Source: Setoptus koraiensis
Lineage: Eukaryota > Animalia > Arthropoda
Direction of reading: 5' to 3'
NCBI GenBank assembly: GCA_048013815.1
Contig: CM106586.1
Location: 14,570,001-14,634,000 of the forward strand
Length of the DNA stretch: 64,000 nucleotides
Below, piece after piece: positions 12,056 through 22,218 of the stretch. The notes beneath the pieces were generated by a model. It worked only from the letters and a program-made list of their open reading frames with translations. It was not told the origin of the DNA and searched no databases. The position numbers and the translations under genes were made by a program. Position 1 is the stretch's first letter; each line of letters begins with the position of its first letter.

Positions 12056-13453
12056 ATGCGTCAACCACTTAATATCTATCGGACAATAACTGTTGTTGCT
12101 GTTACTGTTAATTGTTTACTACTCATAATTTCCATTTTGCCTTCAACGGACGCATCACAAAACCACAACATTTCAGCAGCAGCAGCACCACCAGATGCAA
12201 TCAGTTCAAACAAAGACCAGACAACTGTCGAGAAATCTATTGTGCAAACAAGTGACAGTTATGCAACAGCAGTAGAGAGGCCGCTAGCGTTGCCCTCGAA
12301 CGATAAGCACGATACAGATGATGATCGTTACAGCCAAGAAAATAATCGGATTAGTGTGGGCCGAAATGATTTCGACGGCAGCGCCAAGCTACAGCGTGAC
12401 GACAACTGGAAGGATAACAGTGAAGCATCGCATTATTCCAATTTAGTTATGACTGTACTGGACGAAGCGTTGCCCGGCGAATTGCGTCATCAGTACGAGA
12501 ACGGCGGTGGAGGTGGCCAAAATTTGGCAACTCTAGTCAAGAGGTCCATTCAGACACAAGATAAGAGGCACAAAACGAAGGCTTCTAGTAGAGATTTTTA
12601 CGGCAACAACTTGCAACAAGCCAAGTCAATTGATGGTGAATTTCTAGAAAAATCAAGAGCACATAATGTCAACTACAACAAGATTCCCACTTGGATCATT
12701 GTGAGAAATAGAAGAAATAAGAAAAGAAGAAGTGTAACCAATTATGACAATGAAGAGTCGATTGACGAGACCATTGGATTAGGTGATAGCGAGTTTGAGC
12801 CCGATGAACTAGGCAACGACCAAGCTAAGGCCGCTGAGACGGCTGCCGGCAGCAGCAAAAAGAATGATAACAACGATCTCGATGGGGCCAAATCTAAATC
12901 TGTACCGTACAGACGTCGCAAACGAGCCGCCGTTGAAGACGACAACAACAACGATTACGGCCGTCAATTCAGCGCCGCTGCTTCCATTAATCCGAGTAAC
13001 TTTTCGTCACGAAATTACAATGCTCTCAACGATCGGTTAGCCGAAGAAATAATTGCGCGCCTAATGAGATCAAGACAAATAGAAACTTCAATCAGAAAAA
13101 GAATAGCCGACTCGTCAACGCTGGCCGATGCGATCTTGCCCATCGTACGCCGGCAAGAGGAACAGATACTGTCATTGGATGAAGATGACGACGACGATTT
13201 GGAAGGAAACATTCAACCCGAACACGGTTGGACACTGTTGACGACGAGAAAATATCTCGACGAAGGCTCGCCAGATACCAACGCTAATGTATTTGTGAAA
13301 AATATAGACAACGGTCAGATTGTCCTATTGCCAATGGACGGAAAAATAATTGAGGCACATCAATGGAACACTGATCAGGATCTAATTAGTAGACCATCTT
13401 ATCATGGCATCTACATGCCCAGATTCTCGAGAAGAAGTCTGTTCTCGAGGTAG
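12056..13453 (+). CDS. Orphan secreted precursor (465 aa from ATG 12056) with signal peptide and multiple basic cleavage sites; prohormone-like
   Basis: Long intronless ORF. Signal-like MRQPLNIYRTITVVAVTVNCLLLIISILPSTDA; sites LVKR, RNKKRR, RRRKR, IRKR, VRR, FSRR; AATAAA at 13560-13565. Upstream in-frame ATG at 11951 is an alternative start. Confidence 0.75.
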   Translation: MRQPLNIYRTITVVAVTVNCLLLIISILPSTDASQNHNISAAAAPPDAISSNKDQTTVEKSIVQTSDSYATAVERPLALPSNDKHDTDDDRYSQENNRISVGRNDFDGSAKLQRDDNWKDNSEASHYSNLVMTVLDEALPGELRHQYENGGGGGQNLATLVKRSIQTQDKRHKTKASSRDFYGNNLQQAKSIDGEFLEKSRAHNVNYNKIPTWIIVRNRRNKKRRSVTNYDNEESIDETIGLGDSEFEPDELGNDQAKAAETAAGSSKKNDNNDLDGAKSKSVPYRRRKRAAVEDDNNNDYGRQFSAAASINPSNFSSRNYNALNDRLAEEIIARLMRSRQIETSIRKRIADSSTLADAILPIVRRQEEQILSLDEDDDDDLEGNIQPEHGWTLLTTRKYLDEGSPDTNANVFVKNIDNGQIVLLPMDGKIIEAHQWNTDQDLISRPSYHGIYMPRFSRRSLFSR

Positions 13454-13929
13454 ATCTAAATCAATGAGACACCTCCTCTCTTTCTCTCAATGTCATCATC
13501 GTTCTTTACTCTCCCCTCTCTCAATATCTCTTTCTCTCACGTCGAAGCGCGTAAACAATAATAAATACACACTAGAACTCTCGCATGCGTCAATATATTA
13601 TCACTGTGCCCATGCAATAAATATGTTAGGTATCCCTCTAGATCACAGTTGATGCAACGATCGGACACAATGTCACATAATATAGACCAATAGATGTGCA
13701 GAATAAAAAGCACAGATTAGTGCGAACAATCAATTATTTTGACGATTATTTTTTTCTCCAACAGCAAGATGGACATTGCTCGAGAGTATCATCATGCCAT
13801 GAGGTAGTGAGAAAATGCAGTGAGATGCTAGAATCAGTGATTCGAGTCGAAACAAATACGTGTCCAACGAGGCACTTTTTCCTAGAAATACCAATTTCCA
13901 GAGTTTCCGCTTAGCCAGAACTGAATCGT

Positions 13930-14217
13930 TTACCAATCGATTGTGCCGGCCCCATAGATGACCATTGTTAGGCAGCGTTTCGCCCCTATAATCTCCTGAG
14001 TTAGTTCATGCGTGAATCGGGTTCCAGATAAAACTCTCGACACTTCAATGGCACGACGATTGTTTTGAGATATCAGCACATACTCCAATAATTTGGCCCG
14101 TGAGCCCACAAGTTCTCTTGAAGACCATAAAGAACTCGTTGACCTGTCCTCTATTATTTTTGTAATAGAGTTCACCTCCGTTCGAACAATTGTTGAGATC
14201 GTTTCATCGGAATGCAT
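13930..14217 (-). CDS. Small hypothetical ORF (95 aa), unassigned
   Basis: ATG start with protein-like amphipathic composition. No recognised motif; lies downstream of an integrase relic on the same strand. Confidence 0.2.
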   Translation of the reverse strand: MHSDETISTIVRTEVNSITKIIEDRSTSSLWSSRELVGSRAKLLEYVLISQNNRRAIEVSRVLSGTRFTHELTQEIIGAKRCLTMVIYGAGTIDW

Positions 14218-14589
14218 TACATAGAATTACGTAAGGACGAATTTAGTAGAAGTAGATTTCATCTAACGTTTGTTTCGTTCGTTACACAAATTCTCCTATT
14301 CATATATGCACCAATTATTCTTGCATTCAAGAACACCAAAAACGACACTAGACCATCCCGCGTTTACCAACTAACCTCATGAGACAAACCAATCAATTGA
14401 CCAGAATAACCAAAATGCATCTAGCTTGCTACCGGTAGAGGTGGACTTTCCTGGAAATGCTTGTATGAGTGAATACGTCTGTGAAGTGTACAAAAACGAA
14501 CTGCACGTTGACGAAACGATCCGAAAGATTGTTTTCCTCAGATCGTTCTAGAGCCATCGGTGCAAATATCGTAGCAGCATGAACAGTTC

Positions 14590-15030
14590 AAGTCCTTGGC
14601 CTTCATCGCCCTGGAAAAAATAGAGAGATCGATGCAGTGTCGCCATACATGCCTTGAGATGAAATTTCGGACGATCGGCATTCTTTTCATTTTGTGTTTG
14701 TCAAACAACTACTGTGACTGCCCGTTCGTTAAAATTGAAGACAGTTGATTTCGGGCCCGCACCGATGACCTCTAAACATCCATTTCTATGCGGGTCGGCA
14801 TATCTAGAATGGACCCACAGGGTTGCTAGGTGCCCAGAGTTATTGCTTAATAGTTTTAGAGTGGTAGTTGATATGAGTTTTGTTCCTCGGTCTTGACTAT
14901 TTTCACAAGAACTAGCATTTTCTTCTTTGTTGGATTGTTTGGCCCATCGATAATGGATGCTCCACCTAGAATAACCAGCCCATATGTGACCGGTGAGATC
15001 TTCTCGTCGGTGATTGCAATATCTTTTTGA
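14590..15030 (-). mobile_element. Decayed LTR-retrotransposon (Ty3/gypsy-like) integrase relic
   Basis: Across frameshifts and stops, in the expected order: H-x7-H (15012, 14988), C-E-N-S 26 codons later (14907-14896, HHCC-like), PTRIEMD (14798-14778), VVV*, NFISRH (14666-14649), QGDEG (14613-14599). Confidence 0.4.
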
Positions 15031-15371
15031 GTTTCAGAACATCTCAAGGCAACATCAACTTCTTTCTATCAGATGAAATTCATATGGCACCTGATCAGAG
15101 CTGTTTCTTCTTGTGCTATCTAATCTATTTACAATTGCTTTCGCTGAATCCGTTTATTTCGGAAAAGAATTTCCCATGTGTCATGTCCAGATTTTTATTT
15201 AAAACCTCTTTTTTTTAATTTTTACGATAAGCAAACCGATCATCAAAATGGATAATTTTGGGGACGGATTTTAAAAAAAAAATGTGTCGTTCTTGTCATC
15301 AGAATTATAGAGGCACATATAAAAGAATAGGTTTCTAAAAAGGAAGTTCTCTGGTTCTCGAAAGATGGAAT

Positions 15372-15533
15372 GGGTGACGATTGCCTGACAAACAGAAAAT
15401 TTTTAAATGTTTGTTTGCATGAAAGTGTGACTGTCCGGCAAGTTTGTTGGGAAGGTCAGTCTTTTCAGGCTAATGCACTGTCAGGCAGCCATTCGATTTT
15501 GAAATTTCTGATCGTCGGGCAATCTCTGTACCC
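15372..15533. mobile_element. Imperfect foldback / old MITE-like element
   Basis: 15379-15407 gattgcctgacaaacagaaaatttttaaa versus the reverse complement of 15498-15524 gattgcccgacgatcagaaatttcaaa; outer gggt/accc. Confidence 0.5.
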
Positions 15534-15954
15534 TCAAAAGTAGTTCGGACTTTTTATTTCTACCGAAAACTTGCTAGAATATTCTTTAACTCCAGAACTA
15601 TTTGCACCGAGCAATCTCTTTCGATCAACTCTTTCCTTGTAAGCTGATCTCAACATCGTTGCCACTATAACCACGATATGAAATGAAATTTCTGATCGAT
15701 CACAGGTCGAGCACGAGGTGGAAAAGGTTCATTTTTTTTATTAAAATGCAGAAGTGTGGTCGAATTCAACACAGCCTGACTCTCGTTCCTTTCTGTGTCA
15801 TAAACCGATCTAAATGCATGATTAAATTTGTCGTGTGTGTCACTCCGAAGAGAGACTGCGATCTGAACTGTATTCAGATAGATGTTACACATGCGACATC
15901 AAAGACATCTCAATAATCTCTGAAGCTATTCTTTATGAATGGATGCATCTTGGC

Positions 15955-17550
15955 CTATGCAATCAATCTGAACTTGCCGGCTGGCTCGCCAGCTTGGCTA
16001 TCATACTGTTGTTTTTCATATTGGTCAATGATGTGTTGCACATAGCTTTTTGGTGGCGGCTTTTTTGCGGGCGGAACTGGATCAGCGTGTGCCTGTTCGA
16101 CCGCGGGCGCAATTTCCGGTATTTTCTGGGTGTCTGTTGGATGGTCGTTGTTTATTGTGTTTGTTTGGGGCTCTGCAAGCTGTTGTTTTTGCTCTTCTGG
16201 GCTTGGCGGAGGTTCTCTATACAATTCATATTCCGTGTTCCCGTGTTGGCGAGTTACAGTTTCTGCGTCCTTTAACAACTTTTTCACGTCTTCATCGACA
16301 TTAGACCATTCGTGTAGACACGAGACAAGCTCCAGCCAGGCATAGTCGCCCACTTCCTCTTTTTCAAAGGCACCAATGATCTGCATGAAACGTTTTCTCA
16401 CCGGTTTTTTACACAATAGACGGTGCTCTGGTTGCAGTTTCTCGTCCTTGCTCACTAGTTGTGAGCCGTCCTCTGCTAGCTCGTCAATGAGCTCTAGCGA
16501 CAAATGCTCTGGCGGGACTATAAACAATTTGCTATAATGGTTGCATCTATCCTCAAACTTAGCCTCTGGCCCAAAGTTGCTAAACAGCAGATGAGCGCCA
16601 GCAGCCAAGCCGCCGAGGATATCCATTTTTTCTGGTTCGGCATAATTGTTGAACTGCAGCTCCTCGTCGGTCGGCGGCACATAGGCAGCTTCGGCATGCT
16701 CAACTGGCCCCTGTTGTTGCGGCTCAACATTGTCAACGGATGGCCTCTCTCTGGGGCTCGTTGTTTGCTTTTTATAATAATCTTCGGGATTGCTGTCTTG
16801 TTTTTTCGGTGCAGCCACTTCCGGTATTCTTGGTGCAGGTGGTGGCGAATAGAAATACGTTGGCGACACAGTCTCTAGTCGCTCCAATCCCGGAATTGTT
16901 TCATCGTCGCTTGCTACGAATGATTTCGATGATGGAAACATCAAATTGAATTGTTTCTCATTATTATCCACAAGTTCCAACGCAAATTTTTTCATCTGTC
17001 CAGTAAGCTGATCGCCTCTCAGTTCGGGATGTGGTTTATCCTGGCTGATTAGCCACGAGTAGGGCATGGAAACAATAGAATCGTATTGTTTCATTGACTT
17101 CGTTCGCGTTGGATCCGACAGAAATTTTTTCGCCTTTGCATCTAGTCGTCCGAAGCCACTTCTCAGGCACTCAATCAATTCGATCCATGCCTTATCTGTT
17201 ATTTTTCGCTGTTCGAAATCTTCAATTGCCTTCATGAACTGATTGCGCAATTTTGTGAAATCTAATTTTTGATACAATCTGGATATTTGAGCGCTTGACT
17301 CGAATGCATTCTCTGCAATGCTGAATTGATTCCAGGAGGCTCGGTCCATATTGAGTAAGATGGCATAACGCATGCAGCGTTCTTTTTCTTCGAAAGAATT
17401 TGGCATCGATTTTCGGGTTAAAATGGCCGCATCGCTGATCAAATCAACAGATTGCGCCTTGATAGTATAGGACCTTCTTGGTGCAATTGCCAGTGACAGT
17501 TGCACATTCATAGTTACAACGGTAACAACAATAAAAGCTTTCAACAACAT
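15955..17550 (-). CDS. Orphan secreted protein (531 aa) with two copies of a ~95-aa helical domain and Pro/Glu/Gln-rich linker and tail, intronless
   Basis: Signal-like MLLKAFIVVTVVTMNVQLSLA; clear internal repeat at aa 53-146 and aa 332-428. Confidence 0.85.
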   Translation of the reverse strand: MLLKAFIVVTVVTMNVQLSLAIAPRRSYTIKAQSVDLISDAAILTRKSMPNSFEEKERCMRYAILLNMDRASWNQFSIAENAFESSAQISRLYQKLDFTKLRNQFMKAIEDFEQRKITDKAWIELIECLRSGFGRLDAKAKKFLSDPTRTKSMKQYDSIVSMPYSWLISQDKPHPELRGDQLTGQMKKFALELVDNNEKQFNLMFPSSKSFVASDDETIPGLERLETVSPTYFYSPPPAPRIPEVAAPKKQDSNPEDYYKKQTTSPRERPSVDNVEPQQQGPVEHAEAAYVPPTDEELQFNNYAEPEKMDILGGLAAGAHLLFSNFGPEAKFEDRCNHYSKLFIVPPEHLSLELIDELAEDGSQLVSKDEKLQPEHRLLCKKPVRKRFMQIIGAFEKEEVGDYAWLELVSCLHEWSNVDEDVKKLLKDAETVTRQHGNTEYELYREPPPSPEEQKQQLAEPQTNTINNDHPTDTQKIPEIAPAVEQAHADPVPPAKKPPPKSYVQHIIDQYEKQQYDSQAGEPAGKFRLIA

Positions 17551-18026
17551 GTTTGCCCTGTTGATGAACGTGTCGATAAATTGAAAATTTTCAGTAGGAG
17601 CAAGTGATTAGTAGTAGTTCATTAGTAGTCAGATCTGTATTGTTTCTTTTTTTACGGGAATTCTTTGAAAAAAAACCGATCGAATTTACGGCACTCGTAA
17701 TGACAAAAATAAATGAATTGCCTGTTGCTATCGTTGTATTACGAGAGACGATGTTGACATGCGATCTACGTCGCTATTGTTTCCGAGTTGTGTTTTCTGG
17801 CGTCATTTTTCGCGATCCATCTGTCTATTTTTACCATCTATTTCGGGCCCAAGCGGAGGGCTGATTACGCCAGTGCCAGTGAAATTCTGCCAGCGTAAAT
17901 GCAAACAACAGCAAAAAACAAAAGAATTGGCTCAACTATTTATAGTAATCATGACGAATTGTCGATTGATCTGCAGATCTAATTGAATCAATGATAGCAG
18001 TTTCTATGCTAGAAATAGTATCGTTA

Positions 18027-21000
18027 TTATTGCGATCGTATCTTGTAGGCAACTAGAAAATATGTGAGAAATCGAGTACCCAAAAAGAGTGAATAGGACA
18101 CCGCTAGGGCCGTCCAGATGGTATCATTGTTCAAATCAAACTCCTGTATTATGTAAGGCTTGTAGTTCCTGGGACAGGCCGGCTCAAAGTCCAGTCCAAA
18201 GGGAAAAAATGAGCTCGCTCTGGTACTGAGCACGGAATCGCCCAAACTGCTAGCCAGCGAATCGGCATCGTTCTGATGTTGCGTAATAACCACTTGAGTG
18301 GTATTGACATCTATCAAGGTGTCGTAATAGTCGACCGTATTGAGCGATCCCTCGCTGCTAATGTCGGCCAGTCGCGCTATCTCTTGTTCGCGTAACTGTT
18401 GATAATGATGCAAGAAATTGTCGCAATCGCATCTGTCGCGACCATAAACAGCCGACAGAATTCCCTCGAAAATATAACGCGTAAACAGGCCCTGAGAACA
18501 TATCTGAAGTGGCCTCTGAAATCTGTTGATGCGCTTGGTGAAACCGGTGAACAAATAATAGGGTATGGCCAGACAGGGCCCCATAAGTGTGGCCGCCGAA
18601 ATGCTGTCCATGAATAGGGAGCCTATGATGAGGCCGAGATTTTGCGAGTTGATAGCGTTACTGATCATCAGTAACAGGTAGCCACCGAAGCGCCACCAAT
18701 CTTTTGTGTCCTGGCCGCCGGCGTACCAGATTATTACGCAATACAATATGGGATAAATGGTGACAAATGGCAAATCCGACAGGGACTTGCCCAAGAAATA
18801 GGTGGCCGTATTGTACCAGCCATTCCTGTATTCGCGACTGATTGTCTTGATGTCCATGGGAAAGGTGAGAATGGTGGCCATCATGGCCAAATAGGTCACC
18901 ATCAGCATGGACATGTTCAGGTAGCTGATGTTGTCGGCCAAATCGGTGAGATCGTCATTGTTTGGATCGGTGATTTGCGCCGGCAGGCCGATGACCGGCG
19001 GACAACCGACCGCTCGGCCACTGCGGGTCCCGTACAGCACCGTCACCAGAATGGCAAACAAGAAATGAATTAATGCGCGCAAATTATTCAATATGGGGTC
19101 TCGCATTGATTGCAGCAACGACCTGTGACTGTGCAGCCACAAATGCCAAAATATCGGGTGCCTAATGTTGCTGGTGCTGGCCGCCTTGTGCAACGGCAAC
19201 AATATGTGCTCGCTAGTTACTTGGGCCACTTCCGGTCGCCCACTCAACGCACTCGGACTTGTTGGTTTGATCCACTTGCTCCACAGCGAGCCCTTGTCTG
19301 ATTTGATTTGGCTGAAGCTTGCGGCTTCCGGACTGGGCACCGGATGTTCGCGAACGTATTGCTCAGCCTTGTCCTGTTCATATTGTATCAGCTTGTCGGG
19401 ATACTCGTCGCCGTAGTCGAGCGCCACCAGCTCAATCATGAAATCGGCCGGATTGCTGTACTGCGGACACTGCAGACCAGTCACCCTGCTTATGGTGGAC
19501 ACAAGCTCGCCAGGGGTCCCAAAATAGGCCGTCAGGCCGGATTTGCCCAACAGGTACACCTTGTCAAACAATTGAAACACCTTGGCGCTGGGCTGATGGA
19601 TTGTGCTCACCACGGCCATTGGTTCGTCTGTTGACACGCTCATGTCAAGCACGTCGCGCATAACCTTCATAGTCTGATAACAACAGGACGAGTCCAAACC
19701 GGAAGTGGGCTCGTCCAATATCAATATGTTAGGTTTGCTAATTATCTCTTGTGCTATTGCGACGCGTTTCTGCTGCCCGCCTGAGCATCGTTGAATGTTG
19801 TTGTGCTCACAAATACCCAATCCCAACTGCTTTATTACGTCATCAACTGCCTGTTGATGATTGTATTGGAATGGGTTCTTTAATTTGCTTGCGTACAATA
19901 TTATTTCGCGCACTGTAAATTGGGGCAGAAAAAAGTCATATTGTGACACAATGGCCATCTTAACAGTGGCGCGTCCGCGCAACCAAATGTCGCCGCCCAG
20001 GCCCGTTTTACGCGCCCCCGAAATGCACTCAAGCAGACAGGTCTTGCCGGCTCCCGACGGTCCCATCAGCGCCACCATTTGGCCCGACGACAGACCACCA
20101 CTGATGCCCTTGATAATGCGCCGGGCCTCTTTGTGCAGGCACCCGTTTATCTTGCCCCATTTTGGATTCTCGTACCAACTAGGATCCACTTGATAGGTGA
20201 AATTGCACCAGCCAATTTCGAAGCCCCTCGACGTCACAGTACCCGGCGTGGGGGTACCTTCGCTTGGTGTATGTATTGCAGTTGACAACATCGACGACAC
20301 GTTCCGCTGGGATTCAAGCCGCGATCCAGCATAATTGTTTGATTCGTCGTCGTCGCCGCCGGGGCCCATGAATTTGGGCCTCGATTCACTGTCACAATTG
20401 TTGGTATCGTTGTTGCCGTTGGTGTTGGTCGCATCATCACGGTTCGAATTATCCAGCTCGCCGACATAAAACAATTTCTCGTTGTTGACCACATGTTGAT
20501 TGCCACTGTCTGCATCGGCGACCTCTTGCTGGTCGACTATGGTCGATTGGCTAGACTCTGCCGAATAACTGTACTTTGCCGTCATCTCCACTTGCTGCAC
20601 AATTGCGTCATTTAGTTTCACCTCCACGAAAGAAGCCTCCAAAATGTCGCCTCTAGACTCTTGTTGCGGGCCCGTTATCGATTGGTCGCCGCCGGTCTGT
20701 CTATCTAGTCGCCGATGATTTATTCCATGAGTGTGTTCTTTACTCGTGACCAACGGCCCGCTGTCGTCGTTCGACTGCTCAGCTGAATTATTTTTCGGAC
20801 TATTCGGACCGACACTCACATTGGAGATATTTAGTTGGTCTGAATGACAGCTGGCCAACGAGTTGAGCTCATTGGTAGGGCCAGCATTTTCGCCCCGAGC
20901 TAGTGATGGTTGAGAGCACCTCGTCGCCAAATTGTCTCCATGATCGACACTTGCTTCTGTAATAGAGTGGCCATTTGAGTGGACAGGATTTTGTTGAATG

Positions 21001-21248
21001 TGTTCTGCTGCACCGCCAACTTGCTTGAATCCGCTACATATTTCTTGGAGGGCAATCACCTGATTATGGCCAATGCTGGCCGAGGTGCTTGGGATAATTT
21101 TATTGAGCTTATTTTTCAACTCCTCAAGACTATTTTCAATTGGTGGCTTGTGTGAATCATCTGGCCTGCTTTCGTGCAGGCCGGACTCCTTTCGATTGCT
21201 GCATTCTCTGCCATCATTGCCCTTGTTTATCTCACTTTTTTGTTCCAT
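18027..21248 (-). CDS. ABCG-subfamily half transporter (NBD then TMD), ABCG1/4/white-like, with ~340-aa low-complexity N-terminal extension, intronless
   Basis: Walker A GPSGAGKT (20063-20040), signature CSGGQQKRVAIA, Walker B ILILDEPTSGLD, ABCG-type STIHQPS, REYRNGWY, and C-terminal TM segments. Confidence 0.95.
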   Translation of the reverse strand: MEQKSEINKGNDGRECSNRKESGLHESRPDDSHKPPIENSLEELKNKLNKIIPSTSASIGHNQVIALQEICSGFKQVGGAAEHIQQNPVHSNGHSITEASVDHGDNLATRCSQPSLARGENAGPTNELNSLASCHSDQLNISNVSVGPNSPKNNSAEQSNDDSGPLVTSKEHTHGINHRRLDRQTGGDQSITGPQQESRGDILEASFVEVKLNDAIVQQVEMTAKYSYSAESSQSTIVDQQEVADADSGNQHVVNNEKLFYVGELDNSNRDDATNTNGNNDTNNCDSESRPKFMGPGGDDDESNNYAGSRLESQRNVSSMLSTAIHTPSEGTPTPGTVTSRGFEIGWCNFTYQVDPSWYENPKWGKINGCLHKEARRIIKGISGGLSSGQMVALMGPSGAGKTCLLECISGARKTGLGGDIWLRGRATVKMAIVSQYDFFLPQFTVREIILYASKLKNPFQYNHQQAVDDVIKQLGLGICEHNNIQRCSGGQQKRVAIAQEIISKPNILILDEPTSGLDSSCCYQTMKVMRDVLDMSVSTDEPMAVVSTIHQPSAKVFQLFDKVYLLGKSGLTAYFGTPGELVSTISRVTGLQCPQYSNPADFMIELVALDYGDEYPDKLIQYEQDKAEQYVREHPVPSPEAASFSQIKSDKGSLWSKWIKPTSPSALSGRPEVAQVTSEHILLPLHKAASTSNIRHPIFWHLWLHSHRSLLQSMRDPILNNLRALIHFLFAILVTVLYGTRSGRAVGCPPVIGLPAQITDPNNDDLTDLADNISYLNMSMLMVTYLAMMATILTFPMDIKTISREYRNGWYNTATYFLGKSLSDLPFVTIYPILYCVIIWYAGGQDTKDWWRFGGYLLLMISNAINSQNLGLIIGSLFMDSISAATLMGPCLAIPYYLFTGFTKRINRFQRPLQICSQGLFTRYIFEGILSAVYGRDRCDCDNFLHHYQQLREQEIARLADISSEGSLNTVDYYDTLIDVNTTQVVITQHQNDADSLASSLGDSVLSTRASSFFPFGLDFEPACPRNYKPYIIQEFDLNNDTIWTALAVSYSLFLGTRFLTYFLVAYKIRSQ

Positions 21249-22089
21249 GATAAAAAAAGACTATTGTGTTAAATTCAATATTGGAAAAATATTCTCGATA
21301 GTAGCATGGACCAAACGGGTGAATCAGTTAATGTTGAGCCTCAATTCACTTGAATTCCATGATCAAATTTATTTTAGCACGCATAATAGTCATTATTGTC
21401 AGTCAACATAAAATCAGTGTCCATTTGTTGTGCAAGCAATATATCATTATTCAAATTCAAGACCAAAAGCATTGTAAATATTCTAACCGAAGAAAAAAGC
21501 CATTTGTGGCGTTTTCTAACGCAGTTTTCAAATGATCGGAAATAATTGCCCTACTTTGAACATTGGATGGTCTCATGTTGCACGAAAGGCTCTGTTGCTG
21601 AAATCATTATTATTGCCATGACTGGGATTTTATCAGCTACGACTAGCCAGTCAGACAGTATGAGAAGTGCAAAATAATAACACATGGAGTTTACAATAGC
21701 GATCACAGTAGAAGAGGACGTATGATAATCACATCGTGATTGGAGCAAGTTGATGACTGTCGGATCCTTGAATTCAAATAAAACTATGATTTTCTTCATC
21801 CGAAATTCTGATATGACTCTAATTCACTTATTTTCTTGCATCAGCTATCAATTGAATCGAAAAAATTGACTGCTAAGGCATTGGCAACTCGGTTTTTACG
21901 GAATCATTCGCAAGATGTAATTTTCTGACATGGGAAAATTTCCACCTGCAGCTTATTGTGTTGCTCGACAGATCTTCAGATCTGTGTCTCATCTGGTTGA
22001 GAACCTATTTTGCTGGCCTCAGCTATCAGTGAAGTCACAGTATTCAGGCCCGATATTGCAACAAGATCCCCAACAATTTCTGTCGCATT

Positions 22090-22179
22090 TTCACAGAAAT
22101 TTTCCGGGCAAATCTTCACAGAAATTTTCCGGGCAAATCTTCACAGAAATTTTCCGGGCAAATCTTCACAGAAATTTTC
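22090..22179. repeat. 25-bp tandem repeat, 3.6 copies
   Basis: ttcacagaaattttccgggcaaatc x3 plus ttcacagaaattttc, with no spacers. Confidence 0.97.
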
Positions 22180-22218
22180 AGCGTAATTTTTCGGGTGAAA
22201 TTCCAATTCCACACGAAG

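Noticed and set aside
13798-13810. let-7 seed-like TGAGGTAGT
   Set aside because: The match stops after 9 nt and there is no hairpin. No other conserved miRNA, tRNA, rRNA or snRNA was recognised in the window.
22090-22179. 25-bp direct repeats as a CRISPR array
   Set aside because: The units are head-to-tail with no spacers, the context is eukaryotic, and there are no cas genes.
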